From the IMG/VR virus record IMGVR_UViG_3300013936_000011, positions 64,001-128,000 of that record: a stretch of 64,000 nucleotides of DNA. The stretch is one strand, 5' to 3'. The notes beneath the pieces are model-generated. The model had not been told where the DNA came from. It was given only the letters and a program-made list of their open reading frames with translations, and did no database searches. Position numbers and translations under genes: made by a program. The stretch comes from a virus (taxonomy: Duplodnaviria > Caudoviricetes). Every line of letters begins with the position of its first letter. The stretch's first letter is position 1. This document shows, piece by piece, positions 10,701 to 21,189 of this stretch.

Positions 10701-12883
10701 TGAAGTTAAGCAATTATATGGAAATAGCTGACATGTATAGTTTAAGTGATAACTCTGTTTTATATACTCAACAATATGTTATAATTCCTCCAGATAATGC
10801 AGAGATAATATATAAGACATATGATGGAACAGATGAGACTTCAGATTTAATTATAGACGAAACTGTTGACGTAGATAATTATTTTGTAAAGCTTAAATAT
10901 GCAAATATAGATAGAATAGTACAGTTAAATGAATATTACAATTATACTGATTATGACCCATATGAAGATTATAAAGTTCTACACGATCAAGGAATTATAG
11001 TATGGCCTGCTTACGAAAGAGATAAAGATAAGAAGATAACTGTTCATATAAGATATACAATTAAGAAACCTATTGCTTTAGTATATACAGAAGATGCTTT
11101 ATATGAAGCTGTATCTTACGTTGTAGATGCTTATAAAGAATTGTCAACTTATACTATATTCAATATAGAAAATGGAGATAAATACGATTTACGTAACTTA
11201 GAAGATTTTAAAGATTGTGATTTGGTATACGTTAACTGCAGCGAACCATCATTTGAATCTATGATGGTAGATACATATCTTAAATTTAATAAGTTTGCTG
11301 AAGAGAATACAGTCCTAGTTAAGACGGGATACTATTACATAAATGGAAAAGAATATTACTTATTTAGCAATGACGGTACTCTTGATATAGATACTTATAC
11401 AGGACTTAACTCTGTTAATGCTAAATTAAGAAATGGCGAAATAGAAACTTATAAAGCTACTGATAATTATGTACGTAATTCTGCCATGAATCTACGAGGC
11501 ATGAATAATTTATATGGATTTAACTACAATAAAGAAACTATATATGGAATATCTAACTTTGGCAAATATACTGCATGTAATAGCTTTAATGAATGGAATA
11601 CATTCGGTGTAAGATTAAGCTTAGTATCTAATTTAGAAAACTATGAATTAAATGATGTGGCTTTAGAATTTAACTTTGAAGAAGATTGGGGCTATGCATA
11701 TATAGATATAACAGATTATTTATATGATGATATATCTTACATAGGATACATGGCTTATGGTTTAGATGTATATATCGGAGTAGAAAGACCATATAAAGAC
11801 GTTAGATTTAGTCGTGCATTAAATATAGAAATCGGCGATCCTATTAAGAGTGCTAGTTATATATACGCTAGTGAACTACAAAGAGAAGATAAATGCAGAT
11901 ATTATTTAGTTGTCAAAAACAATGTACATAGTACATATGATCACAAACTTCTAGACGATATCATAATAACTGATGATAAAGATAAACTTTATTCTTCTAC
12001 TGTACATATGAAGAACTTAGACATATTAGGATTAAATATTGAAAACCAAAAGACAGAAACTACATGCTACAGAATGGCTATCAAGTCTAATAAATACTGT
12101 GATTGTAAAGGTGCTAGTTTATGTTCAGATGGTTGCATAAAAACTACTTCTAATATAGATTGGGGATTAACAATATTAGCTAAATACGAAACAAAAGAAG
12201 AGTTCACTACTTGTGAATTAGACAACTTAATATTAACTAATAACTATGTACAAGCTTCTCATACTGGTTACGGATATTTAACTACACAACCTATCTATAT
12301 AGAAAATCCTAATACTATAAAACGTCTATTCTATAAACTTAATAATATCAATACTGAAGAAATGTCAGGACTAAAATTTGCTATATATACTTCTAACACA
12401 AAAGATGGAGTATACAGTCCTAATAAATATGAAAATTCTAATTACGGATGTATTGATAATAAGGATATAGAAATGTATATAAAAGTTAAAATTGCAATAC
12501 CTGCAGGTAAGATATTAGACAATTTAATATTATTTGCAGAGTATCGTTCTGATAAAGAAAACTTATTAATGGCTCCTACTTGTGAAAGAGGTAATTTTAT
12601 ATCATACGTTTTTGATGCTCAAGAGAATCTAAGTTATAAAGTTAAATCTATAAGTTTAAAAGCTATAAGTAATATAAATGATGTAAATCTTTATGTAAGA
12701 GCGTCTTCTGATAAATATAGTGCTGATGTTTGGGGTGATTGGAAACTGCTTAAATTTAATGCTGATGGCAAACTAATTAATACAGTTAAATGGAATTCAG
12801 CTAGATTCTTCCAAATTAAAATAGCAATTAATAACAGAAACGGATATATAGATTTAGATTATATAGATTTAGAGGTGATATAA
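7757..12883 (+). CDS. Large baseplate wedge protein (gpI/gp7-like N-terminus with long beta-rich extension)
   Basis: N-terminal FFPTWSDIR and NIYDEFACFIGMERHEGESNEDLYKR echo the J-protein helical-bundle motif; follows J; 1708 aa; SD AAGGTG. Confidence 0.55.
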   Translation: MFDYEKMIKRAINFFPTWSDIRKRHSKSTGGKLLSTVTEQSLDIEKAIQEYIDSYFLDRIEGHNIVAFSYMATIGIMQDTDNVKVVYNNTNYKLTLDVDEFLNATDNYLSYYENGKIYIREEVYNGNNTITIYVDNDCLDYELTRIHVWNIYDEFACFIGMERHEGESNEDLYKRMIYFNENKPNASESGLKNAIMSELLIDCPDLKREDIKIEPVDAVNLRKAYKGYSELLDLLNEMNRDVYRWKRWDLDEWQYDFKSIEYLPYKWDEALTKWQNGIGYGDDLKVILSNNVNKTNADITLYSKDKETLNAYIRNKEIYKNVKLTFQKYNQKLNSVNVKYRLKAAPMKIIDPGAINLSIYSSNEVTETLKLQDVYKFGTDITRTDGSKITDAYRYRLQFVPKNNNYNIEIYRATVAYRHKTTKAILKTESLLKNANGFVLNSSGTLASTSISKTINNINNMVTSNYLTNVDKGGFTIRNGYTNGSGTININGYGNQTITFTSNCEMSDLAHSDIVTKGCLWRDNDLILRTDYDGYKEITIDIEANKFSFTLNTDTTLDFYMFDYEDNKYIPHSISGAGSVFETEETLTPRKIKMFLKLKNMIEVSLGNFKYNNYTIKLSAANGALVAVENNDRTFILPDYIQNKLFIEMKTESSHAPVINSIAIGSDVLNNYYTTDVITYLNNYDRILDIDCNCDCTLIKYDANDIEIERIDNYVSSSYYKATSNDSYIRLNLDDWDEVYSVISETGSIDLIEESGQYFYNLLLSNGEIATAVTINGIKHVDPVVVSLHDILKSQFEGYDITKNRVYCSKLADGLIISTGNTTSDFEIFKINSDYFKRKNAVKYVFEDIPSDINVIWGTDDILVDGFSNTHDFDYISFYPVNSVISTAINEYNLFLNEMKEIPVVNNFSPLIDTTSLNFYTVEPYVGSDPIDIRFYPFDKQREFDELKNWSVGIKELYIKYDADLFNIEAYEIQETVIINRMKLSNYMEIADMYSLSDNSVLYTQQYVIIPPDNAEIIYKTYDGTDETSDLIIDETVDVDNYFVKLKYANIDRIVQLNEYYNYTDYDPYEDYKVLHDQGIIVWPAYERDKDKKITVHIRYTIKKPIALVYTEDALYEAVSYVVDAYKELSTYTIFNIENGDKYDLRNLEDFKDCDLVYVNCSEPSFESMMVDTYLKFNKFAEENTVLVKTGYYYINGKEYYLFSNDGTLDIDTYTGLNSVNAKLRNGEIETYKATDNYVRNSAMNLRGMNNLYGFNYNKETIYGISNFGKYTACNSFNEWNTFGVRLSLVSNLENYELNDVALEFNFEEDWGYAYIDITDYLYDDISYIGYMAYGLDVYIGVERPYKDVRFSRALNIEIGDPIKSASYIYASELQREDKCRYYLVVKNNVHSTYDHKLLDDIIITDDKDKLYSSTVHMKNLDILGLNIENQKTETTCYRMAIKSNKYCDCKGASLCSDGCIKTTSNIDWGLTILAKYETKEEFTTCELDNLILTNNYVQASHTGYGYLTTQPIYIENPNTIKRLFYKLNNINTEEMSGLKFAIYTSNTKDGVYSPNKYENSNYGCIDNKDIEMYIKVKIAIPAGKILDNLILFAEYRSDKENLLMAPTCERGNFISYVFDAQENLSYKVKSISLKAISNINDVNLYVRASSDKYSADVWGDWKLLKFNADGKLINTVKWNSARFFQIKIAINNRNGYIDLDYIDLEVI

Positions 12884-12884
12884 A

Positions 12885-14720
12885 GTGATAAAACCTACGG
12901 CTAGAGTAGAAATAGATAATGGTATCAAGTTTTATGAACAGGATGTCTTATTTGATGACTATACATATAAAGGAGATACAGATATAACAGTTACTGTCGA
13001 CTATGCTAATCCAGGCTTTGGTATAGCACTGCTCGACAGTGCTGGTACTTATTTAGCACAAAAAAGAGAATTGCTAATGTTCAAGCTTGGAGTAAAGTTT
13101 GTAGACGTATACTATCGTAATCTTGATGATCTTGACAGTATAAATAATCCTATACAAGGAAGTTTGAATGCTGCATATGCTAAATGTTATACAGAGAATT
13201 TAGAGTTTAAAATCTCTAAGCGTGATAACCAATACACTATTTATGTTGGCGGGCAAAAAATAGCTATATATAATTCTCAATGCGATTTAGATAGTTTTAA
13301 TGTAGCATATTATTCTGTTAAAGATAATGTTATTAAAGACATAGCTATTGCTTCTTCTGTTCCTTATGACTGGAATGTTAATATGACTAATACTCATGGC
13401 GGATACATAGAATTTAATGAAGATGGATTCGAACTTAAGGGATGTAAATACAATGCCGAAGTAGAACAATTAAATATAGAATTAGAAAAAGGTACATATT
13501 ATTTGAAATATAATAAGTCTGATTTATGTGATATTAAGCCTTATGTTATGTATTCAAATGACGAAAGAATTGTCGACGATGAAAAGAATATATTGAACTC
13601 CAATAGGACATTTACATTACCAATGGATTCTAAAGTGTCATTGAAATTTGTTGGAACCAATGGTTCTATAAATGATATAGCAATTACAACTGCAAAGAAT
13701 AATAGTTACATTCAAACAACTCCCGAGACAGGTGATTTTGTAAAGATAGAACGTAGCTATTTAGAATTTGATTTAAAAGAATTAGCTAAGATTGAATTTG
13801 ACGCTATCGTTTATTTCGTTCCAGGAGATACGGATTTTAGCCCAACTGAATATGCAATAGTCAATATATTAAACAGACATTATGGATTAAATGATTTAGG
13901 ATTATCCGTCGGTATTAAATATCATTTTGTTTATGAAAATGGACAATTAATAAGTAGTAATGAAGTTAACGCTAATAAGTTTACTCTTCCTATTGATAGT
14001 CTTAAATTTATTATGTTTGATAATGTAAATGCAATAATAACTAATTTAATACTTACTGATAAAGATGGAAGTCAAACTAATGTAGGCGTTCAATTTACAA
14101 CTACTAAATCAGTTCCAGGACTTATCAAATCTCCTATTGTAGTACTTAATAAGCATAATGATCCTTTAGACTTAAGTGCATCTTTTAGAATTGTAATGCA
14201 AAATGATTCTCCTTATTATATCTTTACTAATACAGAAAGAGAAATATTTAAAGCAGATAGCTTAATAAAGCTAAACTCTTTGCCTATAAATAATTCAGGA
14301 GCAATCATTATATATGGCATTCCTAAAGATGCTATGCTTGATATGGATAAGTTATATTATATACCAGAACGCGGTAAAGACAATATAGATTTATGTTGCA
14401 ATATATATGATGTAATGTACGAAGGTGATGAATATCAAGTATATATTGATTATACAACAGGATACGTTACTATACGTAATCCAGAAAAGTATAAATATTT
14501 TATTGTAGATTATGTGAAGCTAGATAGTTATTGCATTAATTACAATTATGAATATAACAGCTATCTTGTAGAAATAGCTACAGATGATAAAGAAGGTATT
14601 AACGTAATTTACGATAACACAGAAAAGAAAAATGGTTCTTATGAATATATCAATGAACAAAAATATTATGATACTAAATTAGTTCCATCAGAGAACTGTT
14701 ACATAGTAATAGGAAGATAG
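12885..14720 (+). CDS. Hypothetical virion structural protein (beta-rich)
   Basis: 611-aa ORF, GTG start with SD GAGGTG at 7 nt, within the baseplate operon. Confidence 0.5.
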   Translation: MIKPTARVEIDNGIKFYEQDVLFDDYTYKGDTDITVTVDYANPGFGIALLDSAGTYLAQKRELLMFKLGVKFVDVYYRNLDDLDSINNPIQGSLNAAYAKCYTENLEFKISKRDNQYTIYVGGQKIAIYNSQCDLDSFNVAYYSVKDNVIKDIAIASSVPYDWNVNMTNTHGGYIEFNEDGFELKGCKYNAEVEQLNIELEKGTYYLKYNKSDLCDIKPYVMYSNDERIVDDEKNILNSNRTFTLPMDSKVSLKFVGTNGSINDIAITTAKNNSYIQTTPETGDFVKIERSYLEFDLKELAKIEFDAIVYFVPGDTDFSPTEYAIVNILNRHYGLNDLGLSVGIKYHFVYENGQLISSNEVNANKFTLPIDSLKFIMFDNVNAIITNLILTDKDGSQTNVGVQFTTTKSVPGLIKSPIVVLNKHNDPLDLSASFRIVMQNDSPYYIFTNTEREIFKADSLIKLNSLPINNSGAIIIYGIPKDAMLDMDKLYYIPERGKDNIDLCCNIYDVMYEGDEYQVYIDYTTGYVTIRNPEKYKYFIVDYVKLDSYCINYNYEYNSYLVEIATDDKEGINVIYDNTEKKNGSYEYINEQKYYDTKLVPSENCYIVIGR

Positions 14721-14730
14721 GAGGTGCAAT

Positions 14731-16608
14731 ATGAAAATTTATCCGTCTAATCATAAAATAAAAACTATAACAACATCTCGTGTAGATACTGATTTAAATA
14801 TACCATTAGCATATATGGATATTGATTACAGTAAATACAATATAGATAAATTGCCTAGTGAGTATTTCAGTACAGATTCTATGACTCCATTAATACCTGG
14901 ACAAGAATTAGAGAATGGTAAAGTTAAGATATTTAATAGATACAAAGAAGAAGCTAATACTACAAATTTGATACAGTATACAAATCAAAAATGGTACTAT
15001 ATGCCAAATAATATTATTCAATATACTCCTAAGTTCTTCCTATGGAAAGCCATGGTAAAAAAGAGTATGAGCTATTGTATAGATACAGTTTATAATTTAA
15101 ATATTAATTGCTATAACGAATATATGTCTAATAGCTTATCTCCTGTATTTACTGGTGCTTCTGATAATGGATATGTTCCTAGTAATATTAAGATAAACGA
15201 TAACCAATTAACAGCAGATACATTCATGAATATGTCTTTAGAAAAAGCAGACTTCTGTTTTATAGCAACAGCCAATGCTGCATATTATGATGATGAATGC
15301 ACTCAACAAATAGATATAAATGAATATTTCGAAAAGGGATGTAATTTATGGATAGCATGTGAAGATGCTCGTTCTTTTAATGAGAACTATGAGATGTTAT
15401 CATCTATAGACAACGTAACTTATCATTTAGATTCTCCTATTATTAATTCTAATGCTTCTATAATGTGCGACACATATTTTAATCTTAATCGTATACATGA
15501 AGTAACTGGAATTAGTGTACATAATATATTTAATAAGGACGCTACATCTCCAATATTAATTCTAGAATATACAAACGGAGGCTTCGTAATTATATCTCAC
15601 ATAAGCTTATTTGATTCTAATCATCAATCAGCAGGATTCCCTATAATATTTGAAACATTAATGTACGTATATATGAATAGCTATAAATCAAGTGATTATA
15701 TAAAAGAATGGATTACATATAAAGTCCCTGATTATGAAGTAGTTGGCAATACATTGACTGTAAAGAATAACTTTACTTCTAATACAAATCTATCAACTTA
15801 CTTTGGAATTAATTCTAATGATATGTCTCTTGTCAATATAAGTATCATAGATGATCCTAATACTAGAACTGCGGTATCAGATACAGATTTGGATTATTCA
15901 ACTAACGCTATTAAATGTATAGGTCAGAATAATAATAGACTTATGTTTGAATTAGATCCTGACTTAAAAATAGATGGCTATACTGAACCTGATCGTCCTA
16001 ATGGCTGGAAATCTATATACTACAATGGACAGATATATTATTTGAGCGTACTTCATTATTTAATAGAAACTGATCTTACAAATAATATCTACATGATTGA
16101 AGAAAATGATAACTTGAAGATATTAATCTATGCATTTAAGAGTAGTTCTCTTGGTATAAATGTTGCTAAAAGTACAACTATTACAATACCTTATATAATA
16201 GCGAATATTGATTCTGGAGAGACAATAGTACAAAGAATAAGAGAAGCTAATTATTCTGTATATTATGATAAAACTGCTGACAGTATTTCTTATTGTTTCT
16301 CTGAAGATTATATAGAAAAAGATGAACAATACTTGCTATTTACAGTTTCTGTTAGTCAAACTTCGGATGCTATAACTATGTATGATATAAGACAGCTAGG
16401 CGGAGGATTGCCAGAAGGTGAGCCTGATAATTACAATCTATTCGACATAGGTCATATTAATGGACGACCATATAGACAAGCAGGAACACTTATAATTACA
16501 TTGCCTAGCAGATACAAAGAATATGAAGATAGAATCATGAATGTAGTTAAGAAATACATGGTAGCAGAAGACTATCCTGTTATATTTTTTGAAGATGAGG
16601 AGGTATAA
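14731..16608 (+). CDS. Putative baseplate protein
   Basis: 625 aa, SD GGAGGTG; conserved-looking C-terminus DIRQLGGGLP...DIGHINGRPY..AGTLIITLP...VVKKYM, resembling ends of baseplate proteins of large Bacillota phages (recalled, not searched). Confidence 0.5.
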   Translation: MKIYPSNHKIKTITTSRVDTDLNIPLAYMDIDYSKYNIDKLPSEYFSTDSMTPLIPGQELENGKVKIFNRYKEEANTTNLIQYTNQKWYYMPNNIIQYTPKFFLWKAMVKKSMSYCIDTVYNLNINCYNEYMSNSLSPVFTGASDNGYVPSNIKINDNQLTADTFMNMSLEKADFCFIATANAAYYDDECTQQIDINEYFEKGCNLWIACEDARSFNENYEMLSSIDNVTYHLDSPIINSNASIMCDTYFNLNRIHEVTGISVHNIFNKDATSPILILEYTNGGFVIISHISLFDSNHQSAGFPIIFETLMYVYMNSYKSSDYIKEWITYKVPDYEVVGNTLTVKNNFTSNTNLSTYFGINSNDMSLVNISIIDDPNTRTAVSDTDLDYSTNAIKCIGQNNNRLMFELDPDLKIDGYTEPDRPNGWKSIYYNGQIYYLSVLHYLIETDLTNNIYMIEENDNLKILIYAFKSSSLGINVAKSTTITIPYIIANIDSGETIVQRIREANYSVYYDKTADSISYCFSEDYIEKDEQYLLFTVSVSQTSDAITMYDIRQLGGGLPEGEPDNYNLFDIGHINGRPYRQAGTLIITLPSRYKEYEDRIMNVVKKYMVAEDYPVIFFEDEEV

Positions 16609-16611
16609 TAA

Positions 16612-19236
16612 ATGGCCAAGAAATTAAATATTATAGATTTTGACTATGGAGTACGTAGCGAAGAAATACAGGAAAATTTTGAGATACTACAAGATGAAAT
16701 AAACAGGGAAAGAATAAGTATAGGAGGTCCTGGTATAGCTAATGGTTTAGACATAACTGTTACTGCTAACGAAAATGATTTCTATATTACAGTATCTTCT
16801 GGGACTATAATCACTAAAGACGGTGAGGAAATATTTATAGAAGAACAAACTATAGATATAGAAAGACCTATGCTTTCACAACAATGCGAATATCTTGTAG
16901 CAGATACAAAGAATCAAATAACATTAAATGAGGTTCCATATTCATTCTTCAGTAGATACGAACCTGTTGAGTTTAGTGATTCTTATTTGCCAACAGCTTC
17001 TGGTATAGATATAAACTACGTAAATAGCATAGCTACAGATGACGGTATAAGAGTTAAAGCTATTAAAGATAAGACATTGACTCTTACTGGTCTAATAAAA
17101 AGAAGTTTAAAAATAAAATACTACAGCACAGCTGATAGAATAGATACATTATATATAGACAATAACAATCAACTACAAGTCAAAGTTTCATCAATTACAT
17201 CTACAACACCTTCAGCTATCTTACCTGATAATTACAAATACTTAATAGCATATTTACTTATTACAAGTGATTATAAAGAAAATAGTGAAGATACTCCACA
17301 TGCTAATATATTAATCAAAAAGGATTTACGAGATAAAAGAAATCTTTATACTGACAGTAATGGTGTCTTATATATCTGTGGTATTCCATTTGACGATTTA
17401 GAATTTATAAATATGGAAGAACCAGAAGATCCACATGAAAATCAATTATGGTTAAATCTTAATAACAATACTTTATATGTATATAAGAAAGTAGATAGCT
17501 ATTTCTATAAAAAGACTATAGAAGTAACAACAGATTTTCAAGATGGACAAGACGAAGTGGATTATAAAACTAATATCGCATATAAAGTAGAACAAGGAGA
17601 ATTATCTGTATATGTAAATGGCGTGCGTCTTACTAAAGATATTGATTATGTAGAAATGTTTGGTGGCATTCCGTCTACTAATCAGACAATATTAAAAGAT
17701 TCTGAATCAGATATATTCAGAATCTATAAATCATTATACATAGGAGATAAAATAACATACTGCATAAATATTAAAGAAAGCGGTATGATGTGGGTTCCTG
17801 TAAATAAAGAGTCATATGTTAATACAAAAGAAATAAAATATTATGGTGTACATGATACATGGCCTGGAGGCAATTATTGGCAAACAAAACTTGCTAAAGA
17901 TCTTGGAGAAAATGAGAACTATCCATATAAATATCAATTCTTCTTCTTCGATGCAGAACAAGATAGACGTATGCTATTTACTCCTAATAGACATGAAGTA
18001 GATGTATATGTAAATCAATTCCCATTACACAGCGATCAATATATAGAATTAACTCTTGATAATGTATTTGATTATGCTCCACAATGCGTAATTGATTCAT
18101 TATTTAAAGATGAGAATTATCATTGGGCTAACTATAAGACTACCGCTCTTAATAAAGATGAAGATACTGGTCTTGGAATCATGTTAGTTGAGCCTCTTGA
18201 TGCAAGATACAGCGAAGGCTTAGAAGATGAATTAAGATATGATGAACTAGGTACTCCATTAATAGAAGAAGACTTATTCGTAGAAATAAGAGTTAATCGT
18301 TCAGTAGTAGACACTCCTAGTAAACGTAAGTTACAACGTATAGCAACTTATATCAATGAAGATGATATTGTAGTTGAAGATCCTAATATAAAGAATATAG
18401 ATATTAAAACAGGTTATTATAGATATGGCGAAAAGCAATTGGAAGTATATCTTAACGGCGTGCGTTTAACAGAAAACGTTGATTATATTGAAGGTACAGA
18501 TATAGGAACACCTGATGCAGATTTATTAAATAAGAATCTTGAATATCTAGATAGCTACGATACATCAGTAGCAATGAGAGATAAAGGTACTCCAAGCCGT
18601 AGATTTACAATACGTAGACTATTAAATACAGGCGATAACATAACTTATAGAATAACTAGTACTTACTACAGTTATGATCATATAAATAGTTTACTTGATT
18701 CTATAGATGTAGACTATGAAGAATTCAAAACTGCAATAGATAGTTTTGGTACAAAACTTGATGAGCTTGAAGCTAGCTTTGGTAGTTCAATAATGAATAT
18801 GCAAACTACTATAAATCAAATAGCTGGTAATCTATCACAAGATCAAGATACATACCTAACAGTAAACAGTGTAATAAAAGAATCACAAATCAATGCTGAA
18901 TTCTCAGCTAGAGTCCCACAAACACTTAATTTTATTAATGCTTCAATAAAGAGTGATGGAACAACTAAGTCTTATACAGTAGGTAGCTTAAATAATGATA
19001 CTTACAATATAAGAGAAAAGGACTATGTACAACTTATACATAGAATGAAAGAGGGTACAGAGTTCTTAAAAGATAGATTCTTAATTCGTGATGAAAACTA
19101 TACTCTAGAAGATGTCGTTGTAAATAATAGCTATTCTGTTACACAGCTTACGATATCAGATAATTACATTGGTAATATAAGTGACGGAGATGAACTTATA
19201 ATAACAGGAATAAGATTCGGAAGGGAAGGTAGATAG
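16612..19236 (+). CDS. Baseplate/fibre-attachment protein with repeated VYxNG beta-sandwich modules
   Basis: N-terminal SEEIQENFEIL, PEDPHENQLW motif, repeats ELSVYVNGVRLTKDIDYVE / QLEVYLNGVRLTENVDYIE, coiled-coil near the C-terminus; SD GAGGAGG. Confidence 0.55.
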   Translation: MAKKLNIIDFDYGVRSEEIQENFEILQDEINRERISIGGPGIANGLDITVTANENDFYITVSSGTIITKDGEEIFIEEQTIDIERPMLSQQCEYLVADTKNQITLNEVPYSFFSRYEPVEFSDSYLPTASGIDINYVNSIATDDGIRVKAIKDKTLTLTGLIKRSLKIKYYSTADRIDTLYIDNNNQLQVKVSSITSTTPSAILPDNYKYLIAYLLITSDYKENSEDTPHANILIKKDLRDKRNLYTDSNGVLYICGIPFDDLEFINMEEPEDPHENQLWLNLNNNTLYVYKKVDSYFYKKTIEVTTDFQDGQDEVDYKTNIAYKVEQGELSVYVNGVRLTKDIDYVEMFGGIPSTNQTILKDSESDIFRIYKSLYIGDKITYCINIKESGMMWVPVNKESYVNTKEIKYYGVHDTWPGGNYWQTKLAKDLGENENYPYKYQFFFFDAEQDRRMLFTPNRHEVDVYVNQFPLHSDQYIELTLDNVFDYAPQCVIDSLFKDENYHWANYKTTALNKDEDTGLGIMLVEPLDARYSEGLEDELRYDELGTPLIEEDLFVEIRVNRSVVDTPSKRKLQRIATYINEDDIVVEDPNIKNIDIKTGYYRYGEKQLEVYLNGVRLTENVDYIEGTDIGTPDADLLNKNLEYLDSYDTSVAMRDKGTPSRRFTIRRLLNTGDNITYRITSTYYSYDHINSLLDSIDVDYEEFKTAIDSFGTKLDELEASFGSSIMNMQTTINQIAGNLSQDQDTYLTVNSVIKESQINAEFSARVPQTLNFINASIKSDGTTKSYTVGSLNNDTYNIREKDYVQLIHRMKEGTEFLKDRFLIRDENYTLEDVVVNNSYSVTQLTISDNYIGNISDGDELIITGIRFGREGR

Positions 19237-19238
19237 TT

Positions 19239-19667
19239 ATGACAGTTAATATAACTTGGTTCATCAATGAAGATGATGCTTTTGAACCAATTAATACATA
19301 TACTGCAGACGGAGCATATACTCCAGGTGATTACTTAGAAAAGGTTATTAGAATTTATAACAATTACAACGGTGCTACTGATATAGATTCTGCAGTTAAC
19401 GCTAAATTAGTTGTAGCATTCAAATCATATGAAGACAATTTTTTATTAAATTTATTCCAAGTATCTATCGATGGTGTGAATTATTTTCCTCTTACAATCA
19501 ATATAGATAGAGGCGAATATGAATTAGGTACTTTAACTGGCTACGCTAATAATGGAGGCAGTGATTCTTATAACTGCAAGACTATTTATATTAAGATCGG
19601 CCCTATTCCTGACAATATAAAAAGTAGTCTCAAATCGGTAATATTTTATTTAGAATATGACAAATAA
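19239..19667 (+). CDS. Small beta-sandwich virion protein
   Basis: 142 aa, SD GGAAGG, between the baseplate genes and the first fibre gene. Confidence 0.5.
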   Translation: MTVNITWFINEDDAFEPINTYTADGAYTPGDYLEKVIRIYNNYNGATDIDSAVNAKLVVAFKSYEDNFLLNLFQVSIDGVNYFPLTINIDRGEYELGTLTGYANNGGSDSYNCKTIYIKIGPIPDNIKSSLKSVIFYLEYDK

Positions 19668-19684
19668 GAAAGGAGACATATTAC

Positions 19685-21079
19685 ATGCTAACAAAAACTC
19701 AAACCCTTGCCGCTATTCAAAAATCATTAATCAAATACAATGACTTAGTGGCTAATCAAATTGATTCCAAAATAAGCGCTCATAATACTTTAGCTTCTGC
19801 TACTGCAAACGGACATATGTCATCAGGTATGGTGACTAAGTTAAACAGTATAGCAGACGGAGCTGAAGTAAACCAAAACGCTATATCAAAAATTAAAATA
19901 GGCGATGATACTGTAACTGCTGCTGGTAAAGAATCTACTGCTACTTTTAAAGGTAGTAACGGTATATCTGTATCATTTGATAAAGATAATGCTATAGAAA
20001 TATCTGGAGCAGATGCTGTTGGTGCTGCTAATAAAGTTTCGTCAGATTTATCGTCTTACAAAACTACTGTTGCAAACACTTACATGCCTAAGTCAGGTGG
20101 CACTTTTACTGGTATTATCACATTATCTGGCGCTCCTACATCTAACTTACATGCTGCTACTAAAAAGTATGTAGACGATAAAGTTACTGGATTAAGTATA
20201 GGAGATTACATGCCTAAATCAGGTGGAACATTCACAGGAACTGTTACACTATCTGGAGCTCCTACTACAGATTTACAAGCAGCAACTAAGAAATATGTAG
20301 ACGATGCTGCTGCTGCAGCTGCTGCTAAAGTTGTTGATTCGGCTCCTGATACATTAAATACTTTAAACCTATTAGCTGAAGCTTTAGGCGATGACCCTAA
20401 ATTTGCTACTACAATAGCTACTCAAATAGGTACTAAAGTAGATAAAGTAGACGGTAAAGGATTATCAACTAATGACTATACTACAGATGAAAAGAATAAA
20501 TTAAAAGGTATAGCATCTGGTGCAGAAGTCAATCAAAATGCATTTGCTACTATAGCTGTTAAAGTAGGAACAACTACTACTAATGTAGAAGCTGACGCTA
20601 AACAAGATGTATTAACATTAACACAAGGAGATAACGTAACATTAACTCCTAATGCTACTAATGATACAATAACTATATCTGCAAAAGATACTACATATCC
20701 TGAAGCAACTACAAGCGCACACGGTTTAATGAGTACTGGTGATAAAGACAAATTAAATAAAATAGCTGCAGGTGCAGAAGTTAACCAAAACGCATTTTCA
20801 ACTGTTAAGGTAGGAAATACTAGCATAGCTTCTGGTGGTAAAACAGCTACATTAACATTGGCAGCTGGTTCTAATGTTACTTTGACTCCAGATGCAACTG
20901 GTAAAAAAGTAACAATAGCTGCTACAGACACTACTTATCCTGAAGCCTCACAATCAGCTCATGGTCTAATGAGTGCAAGTGATAAAACTAAATTAGACAG
21001 TATAGTAGCTGAAGCAGATGTTTCTGATGAAGAAATAACTTCTATGATAGCTAATGTTCAAACTGCTATAAATGCATAA
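19685..21079 (+). CDS. Tail fibre protein 1 (MLTKxQT family)
   Basis: Fibre motifs YMPKSGGTFTG...AATKKYVDD (x2), APDTLNTL..LAEALGDDP.FATT, KVDKVDGKGLSTNDYT, GLMS..DK.KL, GAEVNQNA (x3); SD AAAGGAG. Confidence 0.88.
   Translation: MLTKTQTLAAIQKSLIKYNDLVANQIDSKISAHNTLASATANGHMSSGMVTKLNSIADGAEVNQNAISKIKIGDDTVTAAGKESTATFKGSNGISVSFDKDNAIEISGADAVGAANKVSSDLSSYKTTVANTYMPKSGGTFTGIITLSGAPTSNLHAATKKYVDDKVTGLSIGDYMPKSGGTFTGTVTLSGAPTTDLQAATKKYVDDAAAAAAAKVVDSAPDTLNTLNLLAEALGDDPKFATTIATQIGTKVDKVDGKGLSTNDYTTDEKNKLKGIASGAEVNQNAFATIAVKVGTTTTNVEADAKQDVLTLTQGDNVTLTPNATNDTITISAKDTTYPEATTSAHGLMSTGDKDKLNKIAAGAEVNQNAFSTVKVGNTSIASGGKTATLTLAAGSNVTLTPDATGKKVTIAATDTTYPEASQSAHGLMSASDKTKLDSIVAEADVSDEEITSMIANVQTAINA
20081..20305 (+). 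repeat. Tandem 126-nt-period fibre repeat (2 copies)
   Basis: tacatgcctaa(g/a)tcaggtgg...tatgtagacgat at 20081-20179 and 20207-20305; differences mostly at third codon positions. Confidence 0.85.
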
Positions 21080-21098
21080 TAGAAAATAGAATAAATAG

Positions 21099-21141
21099 AA
21101 TATAGGCACAAAAATTTTTATATTCTTGTGCCTATATTTTT
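21099..21141 (+). terminator. Intrinsic terminator-like hairpin
   Basis: Perfect 13-bp inverted repeat aatataggcacaa / ttgtgcctatatt, 14-nt loop, T run after. Confidence 0.75.
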
Positions 21142-21189
21142 AATAAAAATAATATATTAATTATTATAATGAAAGGAGATAACGATTGA

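Noticed and set aside
12-19667. Bacterial contractile injection system or tailocin rather than phage
   Set aside because: More than 60 kb of baseplate and fibre genes with siphophage-type tail-tip proteins far exceeds known eCIS/tailocin loci; capsid genes are outside the window, so this is judged unlikely rather than excluded.
21165-21170. SigA promoter (TATAAT) upstream of fibre 2
   Set aside because: No TTGACA-like -35 or extended TG; it abuts the SD, and the region is so AT-rich that the hexamer is expected by chance.
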